The translations under genes were made by a program, and so were the position numbers. Shown one piece after another: positions 39,414 through 51,499 of a DNA stretch of 64,000 nt. The DNA comes from an uncultured Actinomycetota bacterium (GTDB lineage: Bacteria; Actinomycetota; Actinomycetes; Mycobacteriales; Jatrophihabitantaceae). Position 1 is the first letter of the stretch. Every line of letters begins with the position of its first letter. Under the pieces are notes generated by a model. The model saw only the letters and a list, made by a program, of their open reading frames with translations. It was not told where the DNA came from and made no database searches. The stretch is from NCBI GenBank assembly GCA_963801715.1, contig CAWDGB010000009.1:106233-170232 (forward strand). The letters are read 5' to 3'.

Positions 39414-40262
39414 CTAGTCCCGCCAGGAGTACTGCGGGTCGTAGCCGAGTATCCGGCGCGCCTTGTCGATCGAGAGCAGCGTCTCGTGCTCGCCGAGGTC
39501 CTTGCGGACCTCCACGCCCGGGAAGAGCTTGGCCGCGAGGGACGCCGACGACTCATGCATCACGCTGTCGGCGTTGGCGATGATGAACACCTCGGTTCCC
39601 GTGGCTTCCCATAGCAACGCGCGACGCACCGCCTGCGCACCGTCTCTGGCGTCGATGTAACTCCACAGGTTCCACTTGCGGAGTACAGGATCCTGCTGGA
39701 ATTGGGCGAAACCCGCATAGTCGTCGGGGGTCATGACGTTCGAGAACCGCAGCCCAACCATCTTCAGCCGCGGATCCCAGCGGCAGAACTGCACCGCCAT
39801 CAGCTCCTCGAGCGTCTTGACCAGCGAGTAGGTGCTCTCGGGTCGAGGCGGGTAATTCTCGTCCACCGGGATGTATGGCGGCGGAGAGTCGAACGGCAAG
39901 CCAAGCACGGTCTCGCTCGATGCCCAGACAACGTTACGAATACCGGCGAGCCGGGCAGCGGAGAACACGTTGTACGTCGATGGCGCGTTGTTGGCGAATG
40001 TCGCGGCATTCGAGGTAATACCCGGTGCTGGAATCGCCGCAAGATGGACCACCGCGTCGACCCCGTCACTTGGGGTTGTGGTGAGCGCTTCGACGGTCTG
40101 CCCGAAATCGGTCAGGTCGATTCGGATATGCGGGCAACCCTGATCCGGGGGCGGCGGTGACTGGTCGACATTGACGACCGACCAGTCGTGCCGCAGGAGG
40201 TCCGCGACGACCGCGCGACCCAGCTTGCCGCTCCCACCGGTGACAACTACCCGTTGTGCCAC
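39414..40262 (-). CDS. NAD-dependent epimerase/dehydratase family protein
   Basis: MAQRVVVTGGSGKLGRAVV...HLAAIPAP...STYSLVKTLEE (Y-x3-K). Confidence 0.8.
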   Translation of the reverse strand: MAQRVVVTGGSGKLGRAVVADLLRHDWSVVNVDQSPPPPDQGCPHIRIDLTDFGQTVEALTTTPSDGVDAVVHLAAIPAPGITSNAATFANNAPSTYNVFSAARLAGIRNVVWASSETVLGLPFDSPPPYIPVDENYPPRPESTYSLVKTLEELMAVQFCRWDPRLKMVGLRFSNVMTPDDYAGFAQFQQDPVLRKWNLWSYIDARDGAQAVRRALLWEATGTEVFIIANADSVMHESSASLAAKLFPGVEVRKDLGEHETLLSIDKARRILGYDPQYSWRD

Positions 40263-40298
40263 GGCAATCCTCCCTCACTCCAAGCTGGACGAGGGCAG

Positions 40299-40760
40299 TC
40301 AGCCGCCCATGGCGGCGGCCCGCTTGGCCGCCTCCTCGGGTGTGACGTCCTCGACGTGGGTCGCCACGAACCACTTGTGCCCGAACGGGTCTACGAACTG
40401 ACCAGCTCGATCGCCGTAGAACTGATTCTCGACCTTGCGTTCCTCACTCGCGCCCGCCTTGAGTGCACGGTCGAACACGGCGTCGACGTCGGCGACATAG
40501 ACCATCACGGTGACGGGCGTGCCACCCAGCGCCGCTGGGGTCTGGTTGCCCATGTCGGGGAAGGCGTCAGCCAGCATCACCACGGAGTCGCCGATCTCCA
40601 GCTCGGCGTGCCCCACCTTGCCCTCCGGAGCCGGCATGCGCAGTCGCTCTTTCGCGCCGAAAACGGTTGTGTAGAAGTCGATCGCGGCGCTCGCCCCGTC
40701 GACCGTGAGATACGGCATGACCTGCGGGTAGCCCTCGGGAATCGGCTTGACGGACGTCAT
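40299..40760 (-). CDS. VOC family protein (PhnB-like)
   Basis: ATG 40760 gives MTSVKPIPEGYPQVMPYLTVDGASAAIDFYTTVFGA...HAELEIGDSVVMLAD...FYGDRAGQFVDPFGHKWFVATH. It is the 3' part of the composite 421-aa track ORF. Confidence 0.8.
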   Translation of the reverse strand: MTSVKPIPEGYPQVMPYLTVDGASAAIDFYTTVFGAKERLRMPAPEGKVGHAELEIGDSVVMLADAFPDMGNQTPAALGGTPVTVMVYVADVDAVFDRALKAGASEERKVENQFYGDRAGQFVDPFGHKWFVATHVEDVTPEEAAKRAAAMGG

Positions 40761-40852
40761 GATGCCTCCTTCGACGCACGCGACCCTAGCCGCCATCAGA
40801 CACGCCGGGAAGGGGTCGGACTTTCGAACCGGCGATCGTATGGGGCAGGCTC

Positions 40853-41564
40853 CTACCCCTCCATAGCCTCGTTGATCCGCCGCGCACCGTCGACGAGGAT
40901 CGGGGAATAACGGGCCCCGGGTGAACGGCCAAGTCGCTCGATCGGACCGGAGATGGATAGCGCCGCAACAACATCGCCGGTCCCGTCTCGGACGGGGGCG
41001 GACACCGACGCGACGCCAGCTTCGCGCTGTCCGACCGATTGGGCCCAACCGCGTCGTCGCACCTCGACCAAACTGCGCTCGGTAAACCTCTGCCTGCGAC
41101 AGCACCGACGAGCGCACGGGTTCGTCGATGAGCCAAGCACACAGGACCTGGGCACCCGAGCCGGCCGTAAGCGGCAGTCGACTGCCGATCGGCACCGTGG
41201 TGCGGAGCCCGTGAGTGCGCTCGGCGGATGCGATACATACCCGTTCGGTGCCGTCGCGGCGGTACAACTGGGCGCTCTCCCCACTCTCGTCGCGCACCCA
41301 CGCGAGAACCGGGGCAGCGGCGACAATGAATGGATCCGGTCGTGCTGCGGCAAGTTCGCCCACTCGCGGCCCAAGCACGAATCGCCCGGCACCGTCCCGG
41401 TCGAGCAGTTCATGGACCTCGAGGGCGACCGCCAGGCGATGCGCCGTGGCCCGAGGCAATCGGGTCTCCTCGACCAGGTCGCTGAGCGCGCATGGGCGGG
41501 CGGCTACGGCATCGAGAATGGCCACCGATTTGTCGACGACGCCGATGCCGCTACTATGTCTCAC
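40853..41564 (-). pseudogene. IclR family transcriptional regulator divergent from leuCD (LtbR-like position), frame break near 41083-41092
   Basis: The N-terminus [35 protein letters not shown]...RLPLTAGSGAQVL joins FTERSLVEVRRRGWAQSVGQREAGVASVSAPVRD...SISGPIERL (ORF 40853..41413). Span is 712 nt (1 mod 3). Confidence 0.8.
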
Positions 41565-41620
41565 GAAGCGATACTAGCGTCTCAGTATACGAGACGCCAG
41601 CTCAGAAGGGCGGCGGTGCG

Positions 41621-43018
41621 GTGGGTAAGACCCTGGCCGAGAAACTGTGGGACAGCCACCTGGTGCGCAGCGCGCCCGGCGAACCGGACCTGTTGTACAT
41701 CGACATGCACCTCGTGCACGAGGTGACGAGCCCGCAGGCATTCGACGGGCTCAGGCTCGCCGGTCGCGCCGTCCGGCGGCCGGACCTGACGCTGGGCACC
41801 GAGGACCACAACGTACCCACCCTTGACATCGACAAGCCGATCGCCGATCCAGTCAGCCGGACGCAGATCGAGACCATGCGGCGCAACTGCACCGAGTTCG
41901 GTATCCGCCTATACCCCATGGGTGACGCCAACCAGGGAATCGTCCACGTGATCGGACCGCAGCTGGGTATCACCCAACCCGGCATGACGATCGTCTGCGG
42001 CGACTCCCATACATCAACGCACGGCGCGTTCGGCGCATTGGCGTTCGGCATCGGTACCAGCCAGGTCGAGCACGTGCTCGCCACCCAGACGTTGCCGATG
42101 CCGCGACCGAAGACGATGGCCGTGACGGTCGATGGGGTGCCGCCGGCGGGGGTCACGCCGAAGGACGTGATCCTCGCCCTGATCGCGAAGACCGGAACCG
42201 GTGGTGGCCAGGGATACATGGTCGAGTACCGGGGGAGCACGTTCGAGCGGATGAGCATGGAAGGGCGGATGACGGTTTGCAACATGAGCATCGAGTGGGG
42301 TGCACGCGCCGGCATGGTCGCTCCGGACCAGACGACATTCGACTATCTCCGCGGGCGTATGCACGCACCTACCGGGTCGGACTGGGATGCGGCTGTCGAG
42401 TACTGGACCAGCCTGCGGACCGACCCCGACGCGAGCTTCGACGCTGAGGTGACACTCGACGCTAAGACGCTGACGCCCTACGTCACGTGGGGCACCAACC
42501 CGGGGCAAGGTGCGCCGCTCGGTGACCGCGTGCCGGATCCGGCGCAGTTCGAGGACGAAGCGGACCGGCTCGCTGCGGAGAAGGCGCTCGCTTACATGAA
42601 TCTCCAGGCCGGCACTCCGCTGCGAGCGATCTCGGTTGACACGGTGTTCGTCGGATCTTGCACGAACGGTCGCATCGAGGATTTGCGTTCCGTTGCCGAG
42701 GTCATCAAGGGTCACCGGGTAGCTGACGGCGTCCGCATGCTCGTCGTACCGGGATCGATGCAGGTACGCGAGCAGGCCGAGGCCGAGGGACTCGATGCGA
42801 TCTTCCGAGCCGCCGGAGCGGAGTGGCGCCAGGCCGGTTGCTCCATGTGTCTCGGCATGAATCCCGATCAGCTCGCTCCTGGCGAGCGCAGCGCCTCAAC
42901 GTCCAATCGGAATTTCGAGGGTCGGCAGGGCCGAGGCGGACGCACCCATCTGGTGTCGCCGCTTGTCGCGGCGGCGACGGCGGTTACCGGCCATCTGGCC
43001 AGCCCAGCGGACCTGTAG
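41621..43018 (+). CDS. leuC: 3-isopropylmalate dehydratase large subunit
   Basis: GTG 41621 gives [15 protein letters not shown]...[17 protein letters not shown]...[14 protein letters not shown]...[11 protein letters not shown]...[10 protein letters not shown]. Confidence 0.95.
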   Translation: MGKTLAEKLWDSHLVRSAPGEPDLLYIDMHLVHEVTSPQAFDGLRLAGRAVRRPDLTLGTEDHNVPTLDIDKPIADPVSRTQIETMRRNCTEFGIRLYPMGDANQGIVHVIGPQLGITQPGMTIVCGDSHTSTHGAFGALAFGIGTSQVEHVLATQTLPMPRPKTMAVTVDGVPPAGVTPKDVILALIAKTGTGGGQGYMVEYRGSTFERMSMEGRMTVCNMSIEWGARAGMVAPDQTTFDYLRGRMHAPTGSDWDAAVEYWTSLRTDPDASFDAEVTLDAKTLTPYVTWGTNPGQGAPLGDRVPDPAQFEDEADRLAAEKALAYMNLQAGTPLRAISVDTVFVGSCTNGRIEDLRSVAEVIKGHRVADGVRMLVVPGSMQVREQAEAEGLDAIFRAAGAEWRQAGCSMCLGMNPDQLAPGERSASTSNRNFEGRQGRGGRTHLVSPLVAAATAVTGHLASPADL

Positions 43019-43027
43019 GGGGATCTC

Positions 43028-43618
43028 ATGGAGAAGTTCACCCGGCACACCGGCCACGCGGTACCCCTACGCCGAAGCAATGTCGACACCGATCAGATCA
43101 TCCCGGCGGTGTATCTGAAGCGGGTCACTCGCTCGGGGTACGAGGACGGCCTATTCCAGGCGTGGCGCGAGAACGAGCCCGACTTCGTGCTGAATCAGGA
43201 CCGCTATTACGGTGCGACCATCCTCGTGGCCGGTCCAGATTTCGGCACTGGGTCCTCCCGTGAGCATGCGGTCTGGGCGCTGATGGACTACGGATTCAAG
43301 GTCGTCATCTCGCCGCGGTTCGGTGACATCTTTCGGGGGAACTCGTTGAAGACCGGTTTGCTCACCGTGGTTGTTCCCAATTCGGCCGTCAGACTGCTCA
43401 GCGATGCGGTAGAGGAGGATCCGTCGATCGATGTCACGGTAGATCTGGTCGAGCAGACGGTCAGCTGGGCGGACCAGGATCATCGGTTCGAGGTCGACGA
43501 CTACGGCCGCTGGCGGCTGCTCGAGGGCCTCGACGACATCGATGTGTCGCTCCGGCACGTCGATGACATCGCTATCTACGAAAAAACCCGGCCGCCGTGG
43601 CTACCCGCCGTTTCTTGA
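43028..43618 (+). CDS. leuD: 3-isopropylmalate dehydratase small subunit
   Basis: [27 protein letters not shown]...[18 protein letters not shown]...FGDIFRGN. Confidence 0.95.
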   Translation: MEKFTRHTGHAVPLRRSNVDTDQIIPAVYLKRVTRSGYEDGLFQAWRENEPDFVLNQDRYYGATILVAGPDFGTGSSREHAVWALMDYGFKVVISPRFGDIFRGNSLKTGLLTVVVPNSAVRLLSDAVEEDPSIDVTVDLVEQTVSWADQDHRFEVDDYGRWRLLEGLDDIDVSLRHVDDIAIYEKTRPPWLPAVS

Positions 43619-43848
43619 CGTTCCGGCAGACCCACCAGCGCAGTATTCCCATACTCTGTAGGCATATTTTCGAGTGCTGAGCACGTCCAGGCCAGGCCGT
43701 CGGGCTTCCTTTGCTGGGTCACTGCGGTCCGGTGAACGAGAAAAGTGCTGCGACACAAGCGGATTGGTTTGTCGTTAGGCGCAAAAACCCCTACCGTGTC
43801 GTGACAATCGGCCACTGGGGCCGAGTTATGACGGTCCAGGGAGGACAC

Positions 43849-44319
43849 GTGCCGAACAAGGCAGAGTTCATCGAGGAGCTGGCGGGTCGGTTGCAGACCG
43901 ACAAGAAGCAGGCTGGCATGATCCTGGATACCGTGCTCGATCTGATTTACGGGCACGTAGCGAAGGGGGAGAAGGTCGTACTGACCGGCTTCGGCATCTT
44001 CGAGAAGCGGGATCGGGCGGCGCGGATGGCCCGTAATCCGGCAACCGGAGCTTCGGTCCGGGTTAAGAAGACGTCGGTGCCTGCGTTCCGTCCAGGTGCC
44101 GAGTTCAAGGCGATCACGAGCGGTGCCAAGAAGGTGACCAAGTCGGCTGCGGCGAAGAAGGCAGCGCCAGCCGCGCGGAAGTCGACAGCGAAGGTCGCGA
44201 GCAAGGCTCCCGCCAGGAAGGCGCCGCCCGTGAAGGCCGCCGCCACCAGGGCTCCGGCGAAGAAGGCTCCGGCGAAGAAGGCTCCGGGCAAAAGGGCATC
44301 GGCCAAGAGAGCCCGCTGA
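43849..44319 (+). CDS. hupB: nucleoid-associated protein HU with Lys/Ala/Pro-rich C-terminal extension (Hlp/MDP1-like)
   Basis: GTG 43849 follows GGGAGGA. The protein has [13 protein letters not shown]...[25 protein letters not shown] then the tail [11 protein letters not shown]...[11 protein letters not shown]. Confidence 0.9.
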   Translation: MPNKAEFIEELAGRLQTDKKQAGMILDTVLDLIYGHVAKGEKVVLTGFGIFEKRDRAARMARNPATGASVRVKKTSVPAFRPGAEFKAITSGAKKVTKSAAAKKAAPAARKSTAKVASKAPARKAPPVKAAATRAPAKKAPAKKAPGKRASAKRAR

Positions 44320-44327
44320 CTTCATCG

Positions 44328-44366
44328 TCGGCCGCGGGCCCGCCAGCACAACGGGCTCGCGGCCGA
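44328..44366. terminator. hairpin between convergent hupB and mutT1
   Basis: TCGGCCGCGGGCCCG-N9-CGGGCTCGCGGCCGA, a 15-bp stem with one mismatch. Confidence 0.55.
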
Positions 44367-44381
44367 TGGCGTTTCGCCGAA

Positions 44382-45278
44382 TCAGCGCACGGCATCCTCG
44401 TAGTAGTCGGCAGCGACGGAGATACCGTCTGCGAAGGACACGACCCACATGGCCGCCTTCCTCGTCAAGAAGGACTCGGCCGCACCCCGTGGCGCCACGA
44501 CTTCGAGTAACGCAGGAATCGTTTCCCCCTGGCTGGACAGCACGGTCGATGGTTCGGTCTTGATCAGCTCCCGAAGCTCGTCGAGCGCCCGGACCGGATC
44601 GGCAAAGTAGGCCTCGTCCGAGAACACCGGACGGATCTCGATCGGTAGTCCGACGAACTCGGCCGTCGGTTCTACGGTCTGCACGCAGCGGACTCGGTCA
44701 GCCGAGATGATTTGCTCGGGAGCGAAGCACGGAAGCAGTCGGGCCAGGCGACGCGCCTGCCGGCGACCATCGTTGTCCAAGGGGCGCTGGCTGTCCTCAC
44801 CCGGCCAGTTCGCACGTTTGCCGGCCTTGGCATGACGGACCAGCACGAGTACGGAATCCGGCGCCGGCGTCTCGGCGAAACGGTCGAGCATCTCCCCGTC
44901 AAGCGGATAACTGAGTAGGTCGCGGGCCCGACCGGGGTCCACCCATCTCATCCGGTCGACCTCCCGGCTGGCCTCGAAATGGCCGCCGCGGTGATGCATC
45001 GACCAGAACGCGACCGACTTCGACACGCGGCCAACGCGGTATCCGCCCCGGCCCAGCCGCCGCTGGACCGCGACCCGGGAGCCGACTTCCTCGCCGACCT
45101 CGCGAACTGCGGCCAGCAGCTCGGTCTCGCCGGGCCGCAGCTTGCCCTTGGGCAACGTCCAGTCGTCGTACCGGTTGCGGTGGATGATGGCGACATCGAC
45201 CCGCCCTTGGCCGGCGTCACGCCAGACGACGCCGCCAGCGGCGGCGATGCCGTAGCCCGACCTATTCGGCGCGTCCAC
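44382..45278 (-). CDS. mutT1: NUDIX hydrolase fused to histidine-phosphatase domain (MutT1-like)
   Basis: AAGGVVWRD...[29 protein letters not shown] (Nudix box), then [11 protein letters not shown]...DNDGRRQA (RHG-type phosphatase). GTG 45278 was chosen and overlaps the ppk 3' end by 17 nt. The track start 45347 is an alternative. Confidence 0.8.
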   Translation of the reverse strand: MDAPNRSGYGIAAAGGVVWRDAGQGRVDVAIIHRNRYDDWTLPKGKLRPGETELLAAVREVGEEVGSRVAVQRRLGRGGYRVGRVSKSVAFWSMHHRGGHFEASREVDRMRWVDPGRARDLLSYPLDGEMLDRFAETPAPDSVLVLVRHAKAGKRANWPGEDSQRPLDNDGRRQARRLARLLPCFAPEQIISADRVRCVQTVEPTAEFVGLPIEIRPVFSDEAYFADPVRALDELRELIKTEPSTVLSSQGETIPALLEVVAPRGAAESFLTRKAAMWVVSFADGISVAADYYEDAVR

Positions 45279-47421
45279 CGAGCCGCCGCATGAGGAACTG
45301 CTGGTAGTCGACCTGTTTGGCTCCGCCGAGGCGGACCCATCGATCATCGGCCTGTAGCTCCCAGGCGGCGGTGTCTGGGGAGAAGGCGGCGTCGAGGCAC
45401 AGTCGTAAATGGTCGGTGGCGGCTCGGTCCTTCACGCGGCACAGGACCTCGACCCGGCGATCGAGGTTGCGGTGCATCAGGTCGGCCGAGCCGATCCAGT
45501 ACTCCGGAGAGCCATCGTTCGCAAAGTAGAAGATCCGGGAATGCTCGAGGAACCGACCGAGGATTGACCGCACGGTGATGTTCTCGGACAGCCCAGGGAT
45601 GCCGGCCCGGATGGTGCAGAACGTGCGCACCAACAGCTCGATGCGGACACCGGCCATCGACGCTCGGTAAAGAGCATCGATCGTCAGCTCGTCGACCAGG
45701 TGGTTGGTCTTTATCTGTATTCGCGCATCCTTGCCGTTTTGTTTGTGCAGGATCTCTCGCTCGATGCGCTCGATCAAACCTGCGCGGATGCCCTGGGGCG
45801 CTACGAGGAGGGATCGGTACGCCGTCTGCCGCGAGTAGCCGGTGAGGACATTGAAGAGGTCGGTCAGATCGGCGCAGATCGCCTCGTCCGCGGTAAACAG
45901 ACCGAGATCTTCGTACAGTCGCGCAGTCTTGGGGTTGTAGTTGCCGGTGCCGACGTGCGCGTAGCGGTGAATTGTTCCGCCCTCCTGCCGCACGACGAGC
46001 GCTGTCTTGCAGTGCGTCTTGAGCCCGACGACGCCATAGACGACGTGGCAGCCCGCGCGTTCCAGTGCGCGCGCCCATTTGATGTTGGCCTGCTCGTCGA
46101 AGCGAGCCTTGATCTCGACTAGCGCCACGACCTGTTTGCCTGCCTCGGCCGCGTCGATGAGCGCGTCGATGATCGGGGAGTCACCGGACGTGCGATACAG
46201 CGTCTGCTTGATGGCGAGGACGTGCGGATCGGCGGCCGCTTGCTCGATGAACCGCTGCACGCTTGTGGCGAACGACTCGTAGGGATGGTGCACGAGCACA
46301 TCGCCGTCGCGGAGCGTGGCGATCACGGACTTGGGTGTTTCCCCCTCGACGAATCGGGGATGGGTCGCTGGAACGAATACCGGGTCCTTCAACCCTGGGC
46401 GATCAACGTCATATACCTGCCACAACGACGACAGGTCCAGCAAGCCCGGTACCCGGACGACACCATCGGGCTGGACGTCGATCTCGCTCGTCAACAGGCT
46501 CAGCACCTCGTCGTCGATGTCCTCCGCGACCTCCAGTCGAACCGCGGGGCCGAATCGCCGTCGAGCGAGCTCACGCTCGAGCGCCTGCAGCAGGTCTTCG
46601 TCGCGATCCTCTTCGACTTCCAGATCGGCGTTGCGCGTCACTCGAAAGATGTGGTGTTCCACCACGGTCATTCCGGGAAACAGCATCGACAGATGCGCGG
46701 CGATCAGGTCCTCCAGCGGCAGGAACTCCGCCTCCTGCGTGGATTTCGATACGACCACGAATCGCTGGACGTTGTTGGGGACCTTGACCCGCGCGAATCT
46801 CTCCAGGTCGCCTTCGGGATCGCGGACGAGCACCGCGAGATTCAAGGAGAGCCCGGAGATATACGGAAACGGATGCGCCGGATCGACCGCTAGCGGCGTC
46901 AGAACCGGAAAGACTTTGGACCGGAAGTAGTCGCCCAGCCGCCGACGCTCTTCCTCGTTCAGGTCGGCCCAGCGCACGATACGGATGCCTTCGGCCGCTA
47001 GCGCGGGTTGGACATCTTCGAGAAAACAGCGGGCGTGCCGGTCGGCCAGCTCACGAATTCGCTCGGCCAGCTTGGCCAACGTTTCCCGCGGCGATAGTCC
47101 GTCGGGCGACGCTATCTGCAGGCCCATGTCGGCGCGGCGCTGTAGACCGGCAATGCGCACCATAAAGAACTCGTCGAGGTTACTCGCGAAGATTGCGAGG
47201 AACTTCAGCCGCTCCAGCAGTGGCTGCCGTCGGTCTTCGCCCAACGCGAGCACCCGTGCGTTGAACGAGAGCCATGACATCTCGCGGTTGCTGAACCGAT
47301 CTGGAGGCAGATCGAGAACGGCTTGGGCTGCGCGTTCCGGTTCCAGATCGCCTCCGGGAACGGAGTCGGCCGGATCGATCGCCGACGAGGCTATGGATGA
47401 CACGGGCAGCGAACGAGTCAT
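45262..47421 (-). CDS. ppk: polyphosphate kinase 1
   Basis: ATG 47421 gives ...[16 protein letters not shown]...[24 protein letters not shown]...[11 protein letters not shown]...HCKTALVVR...[22 protein letters not shown] overlap with the fbiD stop. Confidence 0.95.
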   Translation of the reverse strand: MTRSLPVSSIASSAIDPADSVPGGDLEPERAAQAVLDLPPDRFSNREMSWLSFNARVLALGEDRRQPLLERLKFLAIFASNLDEFFMVRIAGLQRRADMGLQIASPDGLSPRETLAKLAERIRELADRHARCFLEDVQPALAAEGIRIVRWADLNEEERRRLGDYFRSKVFPVLTPLAVDPAHPFPYISGLSLNLAVLVRDPEGDLERFARVKVPNNVQRFVVVSKSTQEAEFLPLEDLIAAHLSMLFPGMTVVEHHIFRVTRNADLEVEEDRDEDLLQALERELARRRFGPAVRLEVAEDIDDEVLSLLTSEIDVQPDGVVRVPGLLDLSSLWQVYDVDRPGLKDPVFVPATHPRFVEGETPKSVIATLRDGDVLVHHPYESFATSVQRFIEQAAADPHVLAIKQTLYRTSGDSPIIDALIDAAEAGKQVVALVEIKARFDEQANIKWARALERAGCHVVYGVVGLKTHCKTALVVRQEGGTIHRYAHVGTGNYNPKTARLYEDLGLFTADEAICADLTDLFNVLTGYSRQTAYRSLLVAPQGIRAGLIERIEREILHKQNGKDARIQIKTNHLVDELTIDALYRASMAGVRIELLVRTFCTIRAGIPGLSENITVRSILGRFLEHSRIFYFANDGSPEYWIGSADLMHRNLDRRVEVLCRVKDRAATDHLRLCLDAAFSPDTAAWELQADDRWVRLGGAKQVDYQQFLMRRLGGRAE

Positions 47422-48035
47422 TTCGTCATCATCCACCGCGCGTGTGAGTCTGCGGTGACGGATCGGGTGGAAAGCCCGAACCCGAGGAGCTCGGCTCGTG
47501 GCAAGTCCTCGGCCGTGTCGACATCTGTCCGCAAGCCCGGCCCTCCGAAGACCGCCACCGCATGGCGAGCATGTCGCGCAGCGGAGCCCGGACCGAACGC
47601 TGGGCACAGCGGAACTCCGGGACGGGCGGTCAGCAACGTCGTGCCGGTTCCCGCAGCGTCGGCGACGAATGCGCGGGGATGATCGGCCGCATCGGCCAGA
47701 GCCGCCGCGAGCTCCTGCGAGCGCAACGCGGGAAGATCTCCGACCAGGGCGGCGATGCCGTCCGCCGGCCACCGCTGCGCGGCGAACGACGCCGCTTCGG
47801 AGACGCCCTCGTTGAGCCCGGGGACGGACTGGACCAGGTCGGCCGTCGGGTCACCGCTGCGGTCGGCGACGATGAGCACTCGGGCGACCGTGGCCGCGTT
47901 TCGCGCAGCGTGGGCCGTGTCCCGACGCATTGCCGTCACGAGCCGGGCGTGCGCCGCATCGTCGGGAGAGGCGGCGGTCAGCCGGCTCTTGGCGTTCGGC
48001 AGCGCCTTGACCGGAATGATCACCGTCCACCGCAC
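47418..48035 (-). CDS. fbiD: 2-phospho-L-lactate/phosphoenolpyruvate guanylyltransferase (CofC/FbiD, F420 biosynthesis)
   Basis: [19 protein letters not shown]...GLNEGVSEA...ALVGDLPAL...[10 protein letters not shown]. It is adjacent to ppk, as in mycobacteria. The start is uncertain (48035 GTG or 48092). Confidence 0.8.
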   Translation of the reverse strand: MRWTVIIPVKALPNAKSRLTAASPDDAAHARLVTAMRRDTAHAARNAATVARVLIVADRSGDPTADLVQSVPGLNEGVSEAASFAAQRWPADGIAALVGDLPALRSQELAAALADAADHPRAFVADAAGTGTTLLTARPGVPLCPAFGPGSAARHARHAVAVFGGPGLRTDVDTAEDLPRAELLGFGLSTRSVTADSHARWMMTK

Positions 48036-48541
48036 GTCCGCCTCCGTCGCAATCCACCCCAGAAGAACGCCACACCTCTCCGTTGGGGACACCGCATCGT
48101 CGCCCCACGCGTCGCTCGTGCGATGCTCGGCTTGTCACGAGACGCAGGTGACGTCTGCGCGGACCCGCATCGTGGAGTGGCTGGCGTCGCTCGGAATGAC
48201 TCCCTGGAGTGGTGGTACGTCATCGTAATCACGGTATGCGGCGCGAACACCGAGGCCCAGGTGTGACGCGTCGGCGCCGAGCAGGTTCGGTCGTCCGGGT
48301 GGTGGATCGGTCTCCAACGACGGCCTCGGCCCGGGTCGGCACAGCGCGCGAGCCGGAACGGGTTCTCGGCGACCCGCAGGGGAGTACACCGTGCGCGCCG
48401 TGCGGACCAGCCCGCCGACCATGATCCGGTACGGCGGCCACGGATCGCACCGTGGACTCCGACGACGGAAGTCTACGAACGTGCTACGCCTCCATGACGA
48501 CGTGCGGCAGACTGCACGACAACCGACCTGAGGAGACGCGA

Positions 48542-49289
48542 GTGCCGAGGCAAGCCAAGCGCCGCACGATCTCGGCCGAGAAGTCCTCGCCCTGGCTGCG
48601 GTTCATCGTGGTGGTCTTGTACTTGCCACTGAGCGCACTGTTCAAGCTGCGGTGGCGCGGCGTCGAGAATGTACCCGCTGCGGGGCCGGCGATCCTGGTG
48701 ATCAACCACGTCAGCTACGCCGATCCGCTTGTCGTCGCTAGGTACGTGTACGACGCGGGCCGGGCACCGCGGTTTCTGGCCAAGCGGAGTCTGTTCGACA
48801 CTTCCCGTCGTCGGCGCGGCGTTTCGCGGGACCGGGCAGATCCCGGTCGACCGGGGCACGTCTTTGGCGCGACAGTCTTTGGAGGGAGCGGTGGCGGCGC
48901 TCCGTCGCGGGGAGATCGTGATCGTCTACCCCGAGGGCACCGTGACCCGCGACCCGAACTGGTGGCCCATGGTCGGCAGAACGGGTGCGGCCAGGCTTGC
49001 CCTCCTCGCGCCGGATGTCCCGGTCATCCCGGCCGCACAATGGGGCGCGCAGTTTGCCGTTGACGTGTACGGCAAGCGGTACCGGCCGTTGCCCCGTAAG
49101 GAGGTGACGGTCATCGCGGGACCAGCGCTGGACCTCAGCCGGTTCCAGGGCGCCGAGCCGAGCGCGGAGACGCTGCGGGCGATGACCGACGTCATGATGC
49201 GCGCCATCTGCGAGCTCGTCGGCGAGTTGCGGGGCGAGAAGCCACCTGTCGGGCCGTTGTTCCGGCCGAGGAGCGGGCGGTCGGCATGA
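48542..49289 (+). pseudogene. lysophospholipid (1-acyl-sn-glycerol-3-phosphate) acyltransferase, frame break near 48797-48803
   Basis: GTG 48542 gives ...[26 protein letters not shown] (HX4D)...[10 protein letters not shown]. This joins [19 protein letters not shown]...[12 protein letters not shown] (ORF 48729..49289). Span is 748 nt (1 mod 3). The stop overlaps the gpsA ATG. Confidence 0.75.
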
Positions 49290-50284
49290 CCAGGGCCGCG
49301 GTGCTCGGCGCGGGATCGTGGGGCACGGTCTTCGCCAAAGTCTTGACGGACGCCGGCAGCGACGTGACGTTGTGGGCTCGACGCCCCGAGCTGGCTAACG
49401 GCATCAATGCGACACACGAGAATGCCGACTATCTGAAGGGTTTACCGCTGCCGGAGCGTCTCACGGCTACGCACGAGGCGGCGGAGGCGCTCGGCGGCGC
49501 GGATATCGTGGCGCTCGCCATTCCCTCGCAGACGCTGCGGGCGAATCTGCAGGACTGGACGCCGTTGCTCCCGCCGAATGCGACGCTGGTCAGCTTGATG
49601 AAAGGCGTCGAACTAGGGACCGCGAAGCGGATGAGCGAGGTCATCGCCGAGGTGGCGGGCGCACCGGCCGAGCGCATCGCGGTGGTTTCCGGGCCGAACC
49701 TGGCGCGCGAGATTGCCCAGGAGCAACCAACTGCGACGGTCGTCGCCTGCGCCGACCTGGCGCGGGCCACGGCGGTGGGCCACGCGTCGTTCACGCCGTA
49801 CTTCCGCCCGTATACGAATACCGATGTCGTTGGTTGCGAGCTCGGCGGCGCGGTCAAGAACGTCATCGCGTTGGCGTGCGGCATGGCTCAAGGGATGGGT
49901 TTCGGCGACAACACCGTCGCATCGTTGATCACGCGTGGTCTAGCCGAAACGGCTCGGCTGGGCGCGGTTTTCGGCGCTGACCCGATGACGTTCGCCGGGC
50001 TCGCCGGGCTCGGAGATCTGGTTGCGACGTGCTCGTCGCCGCTGTCGCGCAACCGAACGTTCGGTGAGCGGCTGGGCCGGGGCGAGACCCTGGAACAGGC
50101 GCAGCAGGCGAGTCACGGTCAAGTGGTTGAGGGCGTCAAGTCGTGTCGATCCGTGCTGGAGCTCGCTGACCGCTACGGCGCCGATGTGCCCATCACCCGA
50201 GCAGTCGAGGCGGTCTGTTTCCGCGGGACGAGCCCCGCCGACATGGTCACCGAGCTGATGCAGCGGGCCATTAAGCGCGAGTAG
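49286..50284 (+). CDS. gpsA: NAD(P)H-dependent glycerol-3-phosphate dehydrogenase
   Basis: [17 protein letters not shown]...LMKGVE...[11 protein letters not shown]...[13 protein letters not shown]...[16 protein letters not shown]. Confidence 0.95.
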   Translation: MTRAAVLGAGSWGTVFAKVLTDAGSDVTLWARRPELANGINATHENADYLKGLPLPERLTATHEAAEALGGADIVALAIPSQTLRANLQDWTPLLPPNATLVSLMKGVELGTAKRMSEVIAEVAGAPAERIAVVSGPNLAREIAQEQPTATVVACADLARATAVGHASFTPYFRPYTNTDVVGCELGGAVKNVIALACGMAQGMGFGDNTVASLITRGLAETARLGAVFGADPMTFAGLAGLGDLVATCSSPLSRNRTFGERLGRGETLEQAQQASHGQVVEGVKSCRSVLELADRYGADVPITRAVEAVCFRGTSPADMVTELMQRAIKRE

Positions 50285-50382
50285 CGAGCTGCCTAAGGCT
50301 GCCTAGGGTGACCTGGCGATGTGCCGTCGCCATTCCGGGGCATTCGCGATCGCACCAGGCGGCGCTGGCATGATGCCATGGC

Positions 50383-51465
50383 GTGACCGGTCGTCGGATC
50401 CGCGTCGCCGTCGTCTACGGCGGCCGCAGCAACGAGCACGGAGTATCTGTGGTGTCGGCGGGCAGCGTTATGTCCGCGCTAGATCCGGAGAAGTACGACG
50501 TCATCCCGGTCGGAATCACTCGACATGGTGGCTGGGTGCTGACCGAGGTCGATCCGGAAAAGCTGCAGGTAACCGGGCGGACACTTCCCGAAGTCGAGAC
50601 CGGTAGCGCGGTCGTGCTGCCAGGTGATCCCACCGCAGGGCGATTGGTCGTCTTTGAGCCCGGCGCCGGCGTGCGCCTCCTCGACGCCGTTGACGTTGTT
50701 TTCCCGGTGCTGCACGGGCGATTCGGCGAGGACGGGACGATCCAAGGGCTGCTCGAGATGGCTGGCGTGCCCTACGTCGGACCCGGTGTATTGGCCAGCG
50801 CGGTCGCCATGGACAAGGAGTTCGCCAAGAAGCTGTTGCGTGCCGAGGGGCTGCCCGTTGGCGACTACGCGGTGCTGCGGCGCGGCGATCCGGTATCGGC
50901 GATCGACCTGACCGCACTCGGAATGCCGGTTTTCGTCAAGCCGGCCCGGTCCGGTTCCAGCGTGGGTATCACGAAGGTGCGGCAGCCCGCAGACCTGGCG
51001 GATGCCGTCGTCGAGGCGCTCCGGCACGACGACAAGGTGCTTGTCGAGGCCGCCGTGGCGGGCCGCGAGGTGGAATGCGGCGTGCTGGAGGGCGAAAACG
51101 GGCGACCTATGGCCAGCGTGCCGGCGGAGATCAGGTTGGTCGGAGATCACGACTGGTACGACTTCGAGGCAAAATACCTCGACGACGCCTGCGAGTTCGA
51201 CGTCCCAGCGAGGTTGCCGGCTGACGTCACCGAGCGGGTCCGTGACCTCGCTTGTCGGGCGTTCGTTGCGCTCGACTGCGCCGGGCTCGCCCGCGTCGAC
51301 TTCTTCGTCCGCACGGATGGAAACGTCGTGGTCAACGAGGTGAACACCATGCCGGGGTTCACGCCTATCTCGATGTTCCCGCGCATGTGGGCAGCGACCG
51401 GGGTGGACTATCCCCAACTGGTGGATCGGCTGATCACTGCCGCGCTGCGCCGGGCGGGCCGGTAA
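50383..51465 (+). CDS. ddl: D-alanine--D-alanine ligase
   Basis: [21 protein letters not shown]...[20 protein letters not shown]...[15 protein letters not shown]...[11 protein letters not shown]. Confidence 0.95.
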   Translation: MTGRRIRVAVVYGGRSNEHGVSVVSAGSVMSALDPEKYDVIPVGITRHGGWVLTEVDPEKLQVTGRTLPEVETGSAVVLPGDPTAGRLVVFEPGAGVRLLDAVDVVFPVLHGRFGEDGTIQGLLEMAGVPYVGPGVLASAVAMDKEFAKKLLRAEGLPVGDYAVLRRGDPVSAIDLTALGMPVFVKPARSGSSVGITKVRQPADLADAVVEALRHDDKVLVEAAVAGREVECGVLEGENGRPMASVPAEIRLVGDHDWYDFEAKYLDDACEFDVPARLPADVTERVRDLACRAFVALDCAGLARVDFFVRTDGNVVVNEVNTMPGFTPISMFPRMWAATGVDYPQLVDRLITAALRRAGR

Positions 51466-51499
51466 CGCCTCGACCCGGACGAAAATGCTGTCCGCGCCA

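Noticed and set aside
40299-41564. 421-aa ORF that looks like an IclR-VOC fusion protein.
   Set aside because: The middle about 90 residues are out-of-frame read-through (Arg-rich). The real IclR C-terminus is in another frame and stops at 40853. The VOC gene has its own ATG at 40760.
23523-41564. Possibility that the beta-oxidation/F420 genes (ECH, LLM, SDRs, Mcr-like, TesB, EtfAB, HADH, thiolase, Ddn-like, nitroreductase) form a novel dedicated pathway island.
   Set aside because: The genes are on both strands with separate terminators and promoters, and belong to large paralogous families common in actinobacteria. Nothing in the sequence marks them as one unit.
45262-45347. 86-nt overlap between the mutT1 ORF as listed (start 45347) and the 3' end of ppk.
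   Set aside because: It is more likely an over-extended ORF. GTG 45278 leaves a MutT1-like N-terminal length and reduces the overlap to 17 nt.
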